This document shows positions 22,471-34,492 of a stretch of 64,000 nucleotides of DNA, piece by piece (position 1 is the first letter of the stretch; every line of letters starts with the position of its first letter). Origin of the DNA: Babesia bigemina. Lineage: Eukaryota. The translations under genes were made by a program, and so were the position numbers. The stretch is taken from positions 3,162,001-3,226,000 of the forward strand of contig NC_027218.1 in the NCBI RefSeq assembly GCF_000981445.1, read 5' to 3'. The notes beneath the pieces were generated by a model. That model saw only the letters and a list, made by a program, of their open reading frames with translations. It searched no databases and had not been told where the DNA came from.

Positions 22471-25350
22471 ATGGCCAAAGGGAGAATCACCTGGGCTCTT
22501 TGGGCAATCTGCGCAATGTTGTTGCCTAGCATTGGCTGCCTCGACTGGTTGCCTTGCGACTTCGGGGATCCACCCGAGTTACTTAGCACCAACGCGCTCG
22601 CCATCTGCAACATCGATATCGATGACTTTGTCCCTGCGCCTGTGATATGTCCACGCCGAGTCAACGATACGGAATATGTTTGGCATCCTCAACCAACGTC
22701 GGCTGAGGTCGGTAAAATTAACACGTACGTGGGTGGCTATGGTGCGCTGCAATCCGTTGCTTTGTCGGCTGTGATTAGAACTGAATCCAGCAATAATCTC
22801 GTATGGCTGGAATCCGAGGAATCGGGCGTGGTACTGCATTTCGGCATTTCAATAGACGAATTGGTTGCCATTACTGAAAACCGTTTGATATTCATCTGTG
22901 GACCGCGAGACTTGGTGTTGAGTGATACGCTGCAACGTGAGCTGTATCGCCTCGACGGCTTCCCCCATATGCAAGCGATGTCATGGACTCCAACAACGCC
23001 GCTGACTGAGGAGATAGACAAGATTGGGAATGGGCTTGGTGTGGTGCTCGTCCAAAGAGGACGTGAGAATCTGCCGCTTCAAGGTTGTGGCAGCCGTGAC
23101 TCGCCACTGTTTGCTGCGGGCAATGAAGTGACTGTAGACCCCGTAACCGGAACACGTTCATGCGTGGTGGATCCCATGTCCAGGTTGCCCATAGGGTTTG
23201 TTTGCGAAGGTAATGTTGAACCCAGCGATTGCATGAGATTGCTGTTAAACGAGGATGGCGACGTTGTAATTGCCCCAGAGCCACATGCGCATTGGAATTT
23301 CAAGTACAATAGACCATGGGTGGTAGTTCAATATTTTAACAACCTAGCATTGCCACCATTCAGTGGTGAATGTAAGTGCATTGATTCCGAAACAGATCAA
23401 GTGAAAGCCAGAATAGAGATACGTCCGAAAACCGAATATGAATGTGACATAGCAAGTATGATATTCCGCAATCGGGTGCGACCAATCAGCGGGCCTTGGT
23501 GTTCGGTGGTGCTTGATCCGGGCAGCACCTTGACGATACGGTTACCAGAAACGCTAGTGAATACATTTTATATTGAACAAAACGAGGAAGACAACGACGA
23601 AGATATAGAAGAGGATGTCATTACTGTCCCATTCTCCCAACAGCCATCTGTCTATGAATACGAAACTGAGTTTCTGCCTAACGACTTGATCATGCTGCGT
23701 CAAATGAAATCAATTCGTCGTACTGATCTTAACGACGAAATCCCGTATCACCAAGCCCTTGCTGGTGACGCCATCGAACTGGATGTTTCACAAATATCCC
23801 GGGGTGAGGTGAAGCTGAAGTACCGTATGGACAGGCCCCTCGCATTGAAAAGCGGCACGAATTCATTTTTTTATCATTGGAGTTTGATATCAAGAAACCA
23901 TAATGTGCTAGAAAAAACACGAGCAATTGTCAATGTCTCCTTTGCGTTTACTCATTACTACAATATCGTCGCTTGCGACCGAAAGCGAGAACCGGTGTTC
24001 GACCGCGAGATTAGCAAGCAACATTGCGTAACAAAATCGGTGGGAAATGGGATAGGTGAAACGTATCAGTGCACGTTCAATGAAACTTCGCATATTTTGT
24101 GGGCGGGTATTAACTGTGCTGCCGAGGAAGAGTTATTGCCCGATAATTGTGGATATGCAGGTTACGATTTACGCTCCAATAACATCATGCCGTTGCCCAG
24201 CACGGTGTTCAAGGCGACTGCATACCCTATCCCAGGATTTCAATTATTCGACATGTGGTTCCAACACGGATCTTTCACTTATGCCTGCATCTGTGTCGAT
24301 CAGCGTGGATACGAAACTTCCAGGCTTATTTTAGAGTTCAGCCAGGAAGAGCATAAGGAATTTACAGTACTTCTTAGAACGGGGTTCAATAGGCTCCTTC
24401 CATACCAATGGCTGCCTTGGCACAACGTAAAATTGTTACTTGACGGACCCACATCGAACAGATCGATTGTGATGCAGCACACATCCAAACATGTCATTGA
24501 ACTACAAGTAGGCACAACGTTGTCATTGCATTGTGGAGTTGGCCCTGAGTTGAGGGGCTTTGGAAGAATTGGAAATATCACAACGACATGGCTGCCAGAG
24601 CAACTGGATGAGTTCCATTATACTGTCGTCCACACATCACTTGGGCGTACACTTACTAGAAAATCGCACAAAGATTCAGTAGTTCCAACGTCCGGCGGCC
24701 TGGAAGTCAGACGCAAAACGACTGAGATGAGACCTGCATATAAACAACTGATGTTAAAGTTGCCTATGGGCGCCATAGTAATATCAAAAGACCCATTTCA
24801 CAAGAAATATGTGCCGATGAGATTTGTATGCGGCAAGACGCCCACAACATCGGATTTGTCTACAGCCACCGGTAACCCATCTACCAATTCCAACATCACA
24901 GAATCATCGGGGAAATACACTTGGCACCTCGTTAAGATAAAATTGGAAACCACTGACCCCTATATGCAGGGTTGCGGTGTTACCTACGAAACAGATGAGC
25001 TGTTCAAACGTGATACACCCAAAATCTACGATGAGAACGAACAAGAAATCGGATGCATGATAGACCTCCAAGCTGCTAAGGAAGCGGCGTTTTACTGCCC
25101 AGGTCCTTATCTCTTGGACCCACCCAACTGCTTCAACAAAGTTTACGTTGAAGATGAAGTGAAGCACCTGGGTGACGTTAGCCAGTCATTGGTAGCGTCA
25201 CATTCCAACCACTTCGTCGTTATAAAGTTCGACAGCGAGCTCGTAGGGCGGGGGGAAACGCTGCGCCAAACGCCGCCGTTGGGGTGCCGCTGCGTGACCA
25301 CCAAGGGTATCGTTCTCTCCACCATCCGGATTAAGAACTACTACGCCTAG
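22471..25350 (+). CDS. Secreted Cys-patterned protein, 6-Cys (s48/45)-like family, paralog 1
   Basis: Signal peptide MAKGRITWALWAICAMLLPSIGC. Repeated modules QGCG..LF..C.(V/I)D..GF/FYC...P.(D/N)C..C.C. No C-terminal hydrophobic anchor. Confidence 0.75.
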   Translation: MAKGRITWALWAICAMLLPSIGCLDWLPCDFGDPPELLSTNALAICNIDIDDFVPAPVICPRRVNDTEYVWHPQPTSAEVGKINTYVGGYGALQSVALSAVIRTESSNNLVWLESEESGVVLHFGISIDELVAITENRLIFICGPRDLVLSDTLQRELYRLDGFPHMQAMSWTPTTPLTEEIDKIGNGLGVVLVQRGRENLPLQGCGSRDSPLFAAGNEVTVDPVTGTRSCVVDPMSRLPIGFVCEGNVEPSDCMRLLLNEDGDVVIAPEPHAHWNFKYNRPWVVVQYFNNLALPPFSGECKCIDSETDQVKARIEIRPKTEYECDIASMIFRNRVRPISGPWCSVVLDPGSTLTIRLPETLVNTFYIEQNEEDNDEDIEEDVITVPFSQQPSVYEYETEFLPNDLIMLRQMKSIRRTDLNDEIPYHQALAGDAIELDVSQISRGEVKLKYRMDRPLALKSGTNSFFYHWSLISRNHNVLEKTRAIVNVSFAFTHYYNIVACDRKREPVFDREISKQHCVTKSVGNGIGETYQCTFNETSHILWAGINCAAEEELLPDNCGYAGYDLRSNNIMPLPSTVFKATAYPIPGFQLFDMWFQHGSFTYACICVDQRGYETSRLILEFSQEEHKEFTVLLRTGFNRLLPYQWLPWHNVKLLLDGPTSNRSIVMQHTSKHVIELQVGTTLSLHCGVGPELRGFGRIGNITTTWLPEQLDEFHYTVVHTSLGRTLTRKSHKDSVVPTSGGLEVRRKTTEMRPAYKQLMLKLPMGAIVISKDPFHKKYVPMRFVCGKTPTTSDLSTATGNPSTNSNITESSGKYTWHLVKIKLETTDPYMQGCGVTYETDELFKRDTPKIYDENEQEIGCMIDLQAAKEAAFYCPGPYLLDPPNCFNKVYVEDEVKHLGDVSQSLVASHSNHFVVIKFDSELVGRGETLRQTPPLGCRCVTTKGIVLSTIRIKNYYA

Positions 25351-26326
25351 TAATACTCAACTTACATTTCGTAACCCATTTGGCGAATAGACACTTTAAT
25401 TGTAGCTCATGTTGATGTCTAATGTCAGGGGAACTAACCGTTTAGGCTACTACATGCTTGTCTGTCTCGAACTTAACATCTTCTTGTGTTAACACAGCTG
25501 CATTAATGTCACTCACGCTTTATTATTATGTTGTCTCATAGTGTACTATGTGGCTACGTGCCTAGGGCCAATTTTCGATTTTGCGGGGCTGCCGCCTCAC
25601 GCTGATAAAGGTTGCGGGATCCATGTAGTCATGTTGGCGATCCTAACTGGTGCCATCCATGCGGGCATATATCCAGTTTGTGTCAGAAGGTGTGCTACAG
25701 AGTCGTACTCTTACCTTGGTTTCACGTCACTCTTCGCAACGTATGGGTTTGTAGCTCTAACATCCCGTTGGATGTAGTACATTATGCGATAAGAGATGCT
25801 AAGTGCTAGTAGACGCATATTATAATATCGTTTCACGATTCCTTTCCACGTCACAACATGTGGTACAACCATGGGCATCGTCTGATCCTTTAAAAAGCAT
25901 TGGCGCCTTTCACGCTCCTATTACATCTACTCCACCTGGTTATCTGCGCTATCTATCGCCATATGGAGAATGGTGATAGCCTTGTGACGATAATGTATCG
26001 CCAATAATGGGTGTCTTGTTGAGAATTTTCTCGGGAAGCGCAACGATGCTTCATGTAATAATTTTAGTGTTATAGTGTACATATAAATGTCTTTCAATAG
26101 AAGAACGCAATTATTGCTGTCCAATATAGTGACTTCAATTTTTAGTCCTGTTTATTTGTTTTTAATTCTTCGGTAACAGGCCAGCTAGCTGGGGAGATGG
26201 GATCTTCTCTGCCACTGCTTCAAAAAATTACTAGCCCTACTTAGTAGTAGATGCATATACTCATGCGTTATAGGTTGGTGGAAGGCCATTTTACTGCGGA
26301 TTATTTTTGTCTAGCCTCTGACTCAA

Positions 26327-29209
26327 ATGATAAACATGGCGAAATTGATGAGAGTCCCGTTGGCCTTTTGCGCAATAAGTCTCCAGTTGCTTGAATTCAT
26401 ATGCGCAGTGGAATATGATTTCATGAATGGTATGAGCTCTTTGGATACCAATCCCCTGGTTGCATTCCATATAAACATGGATAACATTGGGATTGCAACT
26501 CTGGCATGCCCACGCCAAGTCAACGGAACTGAGTACGTATGGCATCCCCAACCAACAGCTGATCACAACTTCAGTCTCAAAACCTACGTGATTGAAGACG
26601 GCAAATTTCGTTCCGTCCCTTTTTCGAAGGTAGTGATCACCGAAGCACCACGCCCATATGGTTGGAAAGCGACAAAGGAGTTGCAAACAGACTTGCATAT
26701 TGATCTAATGGATGACGATATATATGCTATTACTGAAGAACGTTTGGTATTCATCTGTGGTCCTAGGGATGTGGTATTGAGTGATGCGCTGCAAGGCCAA
26801 CTTGCTCGCCTACGGGAGATCGATGAAAGAGAAGTTTATTTATCTGATCCAACAACGTCATTGGTTGACGAAATATCTAAAATAGGGAAGGGCTTGGGTG
26901 TGGTATTCTTGCGCAGAGGCCTTAATCATCAATTACTGCAAGGCTGTGGAAGTCGTCCCTCGAAACTCTTTGCTCCAGATAATGACGTGACTGTAGACCC
27001 TGTCACTGGCACACGTTCTTGTGTAGTAAATCCTATGTCGACATTACGTACTGGTTTCGTTTGCGAAGGCAGAATAGAACCGAACGATTGCATGAAATCC
27101 ATCCTGAACAAAGACAGAGTGATGGCTGCTCCTCGACCATATTTGTATCGTTCTTTTAATGCTCATAAGCCTTGGGTGGCAGCTAGATATTTTAATGACG
27201 TAGCATTACCCCGCTTCAACGGCGAATGCCGGTGCATAGATACGAAAACGGGTAGGGTGAAAGCAAGGATAGAGGTCCGTTGGAAAACTGAATACGTGTG
27301 TGACATAGCTAGCATGATTGCCCGTAACAGGTTCAAGCCTATTCGTGGCACCTGGTGTTCAGCGTTGCTACATCCGGGTGCTACGTTGACCATAAAGTTG
27401 CCAAAACAGACAGTTAAGTCGACTGCTATCGGCGATGAATACATAGAAGATGTTGACGATATTGACGAGGATGCTTTGAGAGTCCCATACTCGCAACTTC
27501 CATCTACACATGCATATGAAAGTGAATTCAAGCCGGACACAAAGTTGACGCTACGTCAACTACAAACAATTCATGACATCAATGATTACGACGAAATCTT
27601 GATTTACGAAGCATTTACTGGCGGCGCGATCGAGGTAGATGTTTCACAAATGGAGAGAGGAGAGGTGAAGCTAAAGTACCGTATGGACAGACCTCTGGCG
27701 TTACGAAGTGGATTAAACTCGTTTTTATATCATTGGACGTTCTTATCTAGGAACGAAAATGTTCTCGAAAAATTACGCGCTGTGGTGAACGTTTCATTTG
27801 CGCCTACGTATCGCTACAATATTATTGGTAGTGACCGATGGAAACTAGGTGTGTTTGATCCGGCAAAGGACGTTAGCTCTCTTGCAATTAAGGACATGGG
27901 GAATGGTATAGGGGAAACATATGAATGGCTTTTAAATGTCGTGAGGGGCGAGGAACAAGCCGGCATTCAATGCGGACCCAATGAGGAGCTGTTTCCAAAC
28001 AATTGCGAGTCCACAGGATACGATCTTTCGTCCAATAAGATTGCGCCATTTCCTACATCTGTACGTAATGCCACACTTTACCCCGTTCGAGGATTTCAAG
28101 TATTCGACATGAGCTTCCAAAATATCCCCGTCAGTCACGCTTGTAGTTGTGTTGATGTACGTGGATACGAGACATCCAGACTTATTTTGAGATCCAACCG
28201 TCATGAAGAGTATACGTACACAGTACGTCGCGAATACACATATCAAAGGTTGCTGCCTTACTCATTACTACCCTTGACTGAAGTGGCATTATTGTACGGC
28301 ATTTCCAATCCTATGCGGTCAATAATGCTACACAACATGCCCCAGAGACCTATAAAACTACATTCGGGCACAGAATTCTTCATGCGGTGTGTTGTGGATC
28401 ACGCATTGTACAACGGTGGGAATAACGCTGGCGCAACACCTACCTGGTTCCCATATTGTCCTGGTTACTACCATTACACAGTATATACTATAGCGGAAGG
28501 AGATATGCTGATTCCAAAGCGAAACGAAGATAGAATCGCTGGCACAAAATATGGACTAGAGATCATTATGCCAGAATATACGGATGAATATACTGATTTG
28601 ATGATCAAATCCAATAGCGGCGCAATTTTGGTATCCAGGGATCCAGGTCACTCGGAATATGTACCGATGACATTCGTTTGCGGTAAGGAGCTCTCAGAAT
28701 CAGATTTTGGTCCAATCAACGATGGTGCATATGCAGATACTATTCCCCAGGTTATAGCGCCGTTAGAGGAATACACGTGGAACGTAGTTCAAATTGATGT
28801 AGAGATGACAGACCCATACATGCAAGGCTGCGGTGTTACCTACGAATTGGATGAGCTGTTCAAGCCTGAAACACCCAAACTCTACAATGCGGAAGGGCAA
28901 GAAATTGGTTGCAAAATCGACATTCAGATCGCTAAAGAAGCGGCTTTCTACTGCCCAGCACCGTACGTCCTGGACCCACCCAACTGCTTCGACCAAGTGT
29001 TAGTGGAGGGTGAAGCAAAGAGTTTGAGTGACATCAGCCAGTCTTTGGTAGCATCACATTCCAACCACTTCATCATTCTAAAGTTCGACAGTGATAATAT
29101 AGGACCTGGGGAGGAGCTGCGCCAGACGCCGCCATTGGAGTGCCGCTGCACCACCGTTAAGCGCATAGTCCTATCAACCATCCAGATCGAGAACTACTAC
29201 TCCAAGTAA
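26327..29209 (+). CDS. Secreted Cys-patterned protein, 6-Cys (s48/45)-like family, paralog 2
   Basis: Colinear with 22471-25350 (CPRQVNGTEYVWHPQPT, VTVDPVTGTRSCVV, TDPYMQGCGVTYE, AKEAAFYCP, LRQTPPLECRC); N-terminal hydrophobic stretch; alternative start at 26336. Confidence 0.75.
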   Translation: MINMAKLMRVPLAFCAISLQLLEFICAVEYDFMNGMSSLDTNPLVAFHINMDNIGIATLACPRQVNGTEYVWHPQPTADHNFSLKTYVIEDGKFRSVPFSKVVITEAPRPYGWKATKELQTDLHIDLMDDDIYAITEERLVFICGPRDVVLSDALQGQLARLREIDEREVYLSDPTTSLVDEISKIGKGLGVVFLRRGLNHQLLQGCGSRPSKLFAPDNDVTVDPVTGTRSCVVNPMSTLRTGFVCEGRIEPNDCMKSILNKDRVMAAPRPYLYRSFNAHKPWVAARYFNDVALPRFNGECRCIDTKTGRVKARIEVRWKTEYVCDIASMIARNRFKPIRGTWCSALLHPGATLTIKLPKQTVKSTAIGDEYIEDVDDIDEDALRVPYSQLPSTHAYESEFKPDTKLTLRQLQTIHDINDYDEILIYEAFTGGAIEVDVSQMERGEVKLKYRMDRPLALRSGLNSFLYHWTFLSRNENVLEKLRAVVNVSFAPTYRYNIIGSDRWKLGVFDPAKDVSSLAIKDMGNGIGETYEWLLNVVRGEEQAGIQCGPNEELFPNNCESTGYDLSSNKIAPFPTSVRNATLYPVRGFQVFDMSFQNIPVSHACSCVDVRGYETSRLILRSNRHEEYTYTVRREYTYQRLLPYSLLPLTEVALLYGISNPMRSIMLHNMPQRPIKLHSGTEFFMRCVVDHALYNGGNNAGATPTWFPYCPGYYHYTVYTIAEGDMLIPKRNEDRIAGTKYGLEIIMPEYTDEYTDLMIKSNSGAILVSRDPGHSEYVPMTFVCGKELSESDFGPINDGAYADTIPQVIAPLEEYTWNVVQIDVEMTDPYMQGCGVTYELDELFKPETPKLYNAEGQEIGCKIDIQIAKEAAFYCPAPYVLDPPNCFDQVLVEGEAKSLSDISQSLVASHSNHFIILKFDSDNIGPGEELRQTPPLECRCTTVKRIVLSTIQIENYYSK

Positions 29210-31342
29210 TGAGTAGATGAAACTCGGTAACCCATTTGGCAATTACAGACTTTAATTGTCATACGTCACGTTGGTCGATCTGCTGGGTTGTATCTTCAGT
29301 GAGAGCATTGCTTTGGGTAGAGTGTTGCAATTGTAATTACCAGTCTAACGACATGTTCTGGTGTTGTCGTAGCTTTTTGTAACTAGTGTGAACGGCCGTG
29401 GACCCTGTGAAGACTGTGCTGTGGAATTAATTGTCACAACCATTTAGTTGGGCACTGTCTACCGCAGGTATGAGGAAGGTGCAATTTGTAGATTTGCATC
29501 GCTGCTCGCAATTTGACGCCTTGGCAATGCCATAAACACGCGACAAAGAGCAATATGTGGTACCTGGAATTGGACTTCACTGACGCCCCCAATTTTGATG
29601 AGCAACTGCTGCGGCGGTGCCTGAGCATGTTGGTCGACCGGTGGGAGTGGGTGGCTAGACCGTGTGGATTTCACCCTATATGGGCGAATCTCGGTAAATA
29701 TTTGCCTATGTATGAGTTAATCTTCAGGGTGGTGGCATATATTGTCAGCATCGTGATAAGCCTCGAAGTCGTAACCCCAGACTGCACCCTAGCAGAGGCT
29801 TCGTGGGCCCCCGCAAACATGGTCAGCTAGTTATTTGTAAACCCGAAAAAGTTGCAACTCTCATGAAAACAGGGGCAATCTGAGTGGAGAATTCGCATTC
29901 TTATATCTTTCATTACAGGTGCGTGTTATGTGATTCAACTTATGCTGATAAAATAACGCCTCAATACATCTGGTAGCTGTAGATATTAACGATAAATCAG
30001 AGCTGCATTCTGATGGATTGCGCATACGAGATGAGACGATGAAGGCAGTCTAAATGTGTATTTCTGTTTGAAGAGTACATTTAAAGCTCAACAGACTTCC
30101 AGCAGCCACCATCACTTATCCCACCTAACTGGCAACTAGCAGCTAACGTGATAAGAAAGTTCATTGCCGAATTAACATTGCATGCCAATCTTGGCCGCCC
30201 GAGTAGTGGGCGTGGGAGAGGTGTTCTCTCATCCGCCAAGTGCCCAAGCGTCCGGAGTGTGTTACGTGGCACGTCTGTGGACGTCAATCTGGGTGATGCG
30301 GGGACTTTGTCTGACGTAACTACGGGACGGCGTGGTCACGGGGTATTTTATTCGACATTGCAGTGACTTCGAAACTCATAATGCCACACTGTGTCGCACC
30401 TGGTGACTTGGTAGTGGTATGGTGGTGGCATGAAGTGGCGTAGTTACGTTTGTTGAAATGCAAGTTAACATACATGAAGACATTGGTGTGATATAATAGT
30501 CAACGGCAGTTCAGGAATCCCGAAATCGACTACCGTGGCTGAATTCTAAATCACATCAAACTGTTTGATACGCTGTGTCGAAGTTACAGGGTCTGAGACA
30601 AAACATCTTCAATGCAGAGATGGCGTTAAGTAAGCAACCGGCGCGTTCGTCCAAAACGGAAGTATCATAGGTATATACATACACACAAAATAGCCCACGC
30701 ACAGACAGTAATCTAAAAGACGATTGCGCCCTGGATTCCGCAGCATGCGCTGATAACAGCCGCAAACATTGGTGTCTTGCGAGGAAGGCGAATTTATGTC
30801 GCGAGGCGCTCTAGTTATACGCCGAGAGGCGCTAGAAACTATTATGGTGTCAACTAAGAGCAACATCAATTATGCTAATCACGGAATATGGGTGGATGCG
30901 ATCCTGCATTCCTCATCGTGACTGTGTTTATAACCAGCAGGTCACGCAGGACGCCGTATGCTTCGTACGACACTACTAGCTATTTATCGCGATATTGAAA
31001 ACATACACATACAGCTACAAATTGTTTTAGGATCTCTAGACTCTATATTCGCCATTCTGCCTGTAACCTGTCTACTTCGTTGACTCGCGTTATGCGCACT
31101 GCATGTGACGTTAATGGCCTAGACATGGCGGAGATATGGCAGTTAAGTCACGATAAAACCATAGGAGTTCTGCGTATTTTGTGTCTACGCTGGTATCTAT
31201 GTTTCCGTACAGTGCATGTGTATTAGAAGGCAACGACGGTTGGGTTGTCCTCACCCGCCATTAATACACGGCTGCTGGAACGTCGGTTTGCCAATAGACA
31301 ATACACGTTTAATATTTAATTTTTTATTTTAATATTTTCAAA

Positions 31343-32101
31343 ATGGTGTACTATTCGTTGACGGAGGTTCCTCGCAACCTCAAGGAGGCTGTTGACTGGT
31401 TGATCGCCCTGAAGGGAACTGATGCTGAAAACAACTTGAAGGCTATGGGCGTCGCACTTTACGACTTCCTTGGAAACAAGCCCGTTGGAAAGATGGAATT
31501 GCGCGGTCTTGAGAGGGTTAAGACTATTTCTAAGGTCTTCTTCGACCGCGAGGAGCTTAAGGACATGCCTTACATTAAGGAGATGAGGCAGAGGTTCGAG
31601 CAACCTATGAACAAATCCAGCTTGATCGCCAAATGGTTTTTGTCCGTCGCCGAGAGCGATTATGACAACGTCATAAAATCTAAGGGTTTGGATGCTGGGG
31701 ACATCTCGGAGGAATTGGGTGGTTTCGTGGATGCCGCTGAGCAATTCTTGGATGGTGTCAAACCCGAAGGCACATACGAATCCGCCTACCACCCGAATGC
31801 GACATGGGAGACATCGTGCACTAAAAGCCCGGAAGCTTGCGCACGTGTCTTGGTGGGTATCGCGCCGATGTTGTACGCTGGTTTGCGCCTTTTGGGTCAC
31901 GCCGGCGTGGATGCCACTCTCGGAGGTCCACGCTCTGCGGCCGGTAAGGAGCTGGGAAATCTAATGTCGTCGCTGGGTTACACGGATCGGCAGAGGCGCC
32001 CTGAGATGACGGGTTCGGAAGTCCGCGCTGCGTTGAGCGGCATGGATCAGGACGTGTTGGGTGTCATCTACGACCTGGCCGGTTTTTGGGCTTTCTATTG
32101 A
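31343..32101 (+). CDS. Short ves-like family protein (252 aa), paralog of 6543-7259
   Basis: MVYYSLTEVPRNLKEAVDWLIALKGTD, NLKAMGVALYDFL, PEACARVLVGIAPMLY, YDLAGFWAFY. Confidence 0.8.
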   Translation: MVYYSLTEVPRNLKEAVDWLIALKGTDAENNLKAMGVALYDFLGNKPVGKMELRGLERVKTISKVFFDREELKDMPYIKEMRQRFEQPMNKSSLIAKWFLSVAESDYDNVIKSKGLDAGDISEELGGFVDAAEQFLDGVKPEGTYESAYHPNATWETSCTKSPEACARVLVGIAPMLYAGLRLLGHAGVDATLGGPRSAAGKELGNLMSSLGYTDRQRRPEMTGSEVRAALSGMDQDVLGVIYDLAGFWAFY

Positions 32102-33472
32102 ATACTAAATGCAGGCGACCTGTAAAAGCGGGTCTAAACATGGTTTGAGTCCGGAACAACCATCGGTTGGCTTGACGGATTTTCACGAGATATTTGCATA
32201 CCACGGAATGTAGTTAGCCAGATTTATGTATACCAAACCTCCCTACGATACTGCCGCCGTAGAATGAAGCCAAACACGGTGCTGAACTTCTACTTAATCT
32301 TTTTATGGCGCAGTTCGGCGTGGCGTTGTGCCAACGTCACGCCTTTATCTTCAAGCGCCCTGCAGACATTATGGAGGCTCGCAGTTTATGAATCACGACA
32401 TATACTGCTTCCTGCCTCCATATGTCGACGGGCGATCTCCACTGCATTCTTTCGGGTTTGCAGCGTACTAGTTGCGTACCTGAGGAATGCCTCTACTGCA
32501 AGGCGTATAAATGCCTATACGTGCCATCACGTAGCAATGCAACCTATTATGGCATGCACTGTTTTCGGCATCCGCAGCGCGATATTCACGCATGGGCGTG
32601 ATCATTGATGTGTCCTGTGTTATATTTTCATCGCACTGTTGTACCGCTTGCTTGCTGTGCTGCGCACGGCACAGCTGCGTGGCAGGCCGCAGTCAAGAAC
32701 ATGCGGTCCGCCGTCTTCAGCGTCGAATACGAACGGCTTTCGTGTCGCAATCGCTGCAGGTGCGGTGTTCGCTTCTCGGTATGGCGTGGGCATGCTGGTC
32801 ATCTCCTCAAGGTGGTTTATGAGCTCTGTGCCACCACTACCAAGCCCCTCGGCGTTCAGACGCATCCACAGGTAATCTGGTCGGTGGAATAATCGCCGAT
32901 GAGATGTATGTTGATCCTTAGTCCGCCTTCTCGTCTGAAGGACTTTGGTACGTTCGCGTGGAGCACGTGTCACCTAAATCGCGATGGCCGTGTCATTTCG
33001 TTGTATCATTGTCCAGCGACACCTTTGGTTTATACTTTTAGGGTCCGTTACTCCCGTACCAACACATTCGCCGTGCATTCACCGCCTCCACTTGAACTAT
33101 TTTTCAGTTTCACGTAGTCCACTGGGCATCACCCTATGCAGCTGCGGATGCCACGTCCGCCTAATAAGCGAATGGTTTTAATACCATTTCCAGCTCTGTG
33201 TTACGTAGAAATCGGCCAGATGCGGATAGCTTGAGGTGACAGCCTCACGCGCAGCAAAGCCTGCGTTTCCAACCTGGCACGTATCTATTGACCGGGTCAA
33301 GCAATACAGAAACCACAGTTGTACCAGCACCCAACAAACACACTTTCCACATACATTGAGTTGCGTGTTGCGAATCTGGCTGCAACGCGCGACACTTCAC
33401 AGAACTACGACACCGGCCGGTGGCACCACAACCGACAGTGAAAACAAGTTGCGAAAGATTGACAGCGATGGT

Positions 33473-33881
33473 TTATGCGGCCTCCTCCTTAATGGCAGCC
33501 TTAGTCGCCGGCTTCTTCGAGTGGGTGGCGGGGAACACCGTGGGAGGGAGGTAGAGGAAGGTGCGAAGGTACTCTACGCCCTGGTCGGTGAGGATGAAGT
33601 AGAGGTGCTGCCAGTTGAAGTGCTCGACGACGTAGTTGCGCGACTTCAGTGACTTCATGGTCATCATAACGTGCAAGTTCGGCACGTTGATCTCCGGATG
33701 CATAGGAATCTTGGAGCTCTTCTGGCAGACGAGCACACCCTCTGCGTAAGGATGAGGCCAATGCAGCGAATCCACCTCGCAACGGCGCGTGGTGGCGGCA
33801 CCTACCATTAATGAGGTACTGGTAAATAAGCACGAGGTTCTCCCGCGGGATGAGGCTGTATTTCATTCCAGCGACCGTCAT
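33473..33881 (-). CDS. RPS10: 40S ribosomal protein eS10, 2 coding exons
   Basis: LIYQYLINEGVLVCQK, VPNLHVMMTMKSLKSRNYVVEHFNWQHLYFILTDQGVEYLR. Intron 33742-33805; probable 5'UTR intron at about 33892-33928. Confidence 0.95.
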
Positions 33882-34492
33882 GTTGTCTTTCCTGCGCCGC
33901 GTTATCGCTTCCGAACGTCACCACCTACCTATCTTTATGATACGTTGCAAAGACTAAAACACACGTGTTTATATATATAAATTTAGCGGTGAACCGCGCG
34001 ACCGTAGCTGTTCGCCAGTGTCGTTGCCGCTCATGGGGTGGTCGAGGTCGGCGAGGGGGGCGTCGCGGTAGGCCGTAGCGGCAATATAATGAGCCGTATA
34101 TGAGGGTAGCGCGTTCAACACAAGCGTTACCAAGGACGTTTATCGCACATCTTATCAGTGATGGCGGCGCCTGCGATCTGCAAAGACCAGAAGCCGGGCG
34201 CAGGGCCAACCCCGCAGCGTTCCCTGCGAGCCGCCACAGTGTGTAATAATGAAGTCTGTTAGCGTGGCTGCGTACGAGTCGTAAGCGTGCGCGCCGTTTG
34301 TAATATTCGATTTTTAAGGCAAAGTTCCTTAACCCCCCGGAGGGGCATCTATCGGCGTGGCAGCGGCTCATCCGTCACAACTGAAATTTTTTGCGAGCGG
34401 TGGCTTGTCCACCATCAAATGTGGCGCTGTATAGTGAAGGGCAGTGCTTCGGGACTCGGCGGGCGCCTTGGATGCCACTTCTTATCGCATCA

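Noticed and set aside
29513..29830. 105-aa ORF in the island
   Set aside because: TTG start and no family similarity that I can recognise.
32605..32973. Overlapping short ORFs and a GCTTCTCGG U2-like stretch
   Set aside because: No recognisable protein motif, and the rest of U2 snRNA (branch-site pairing region) is absent.
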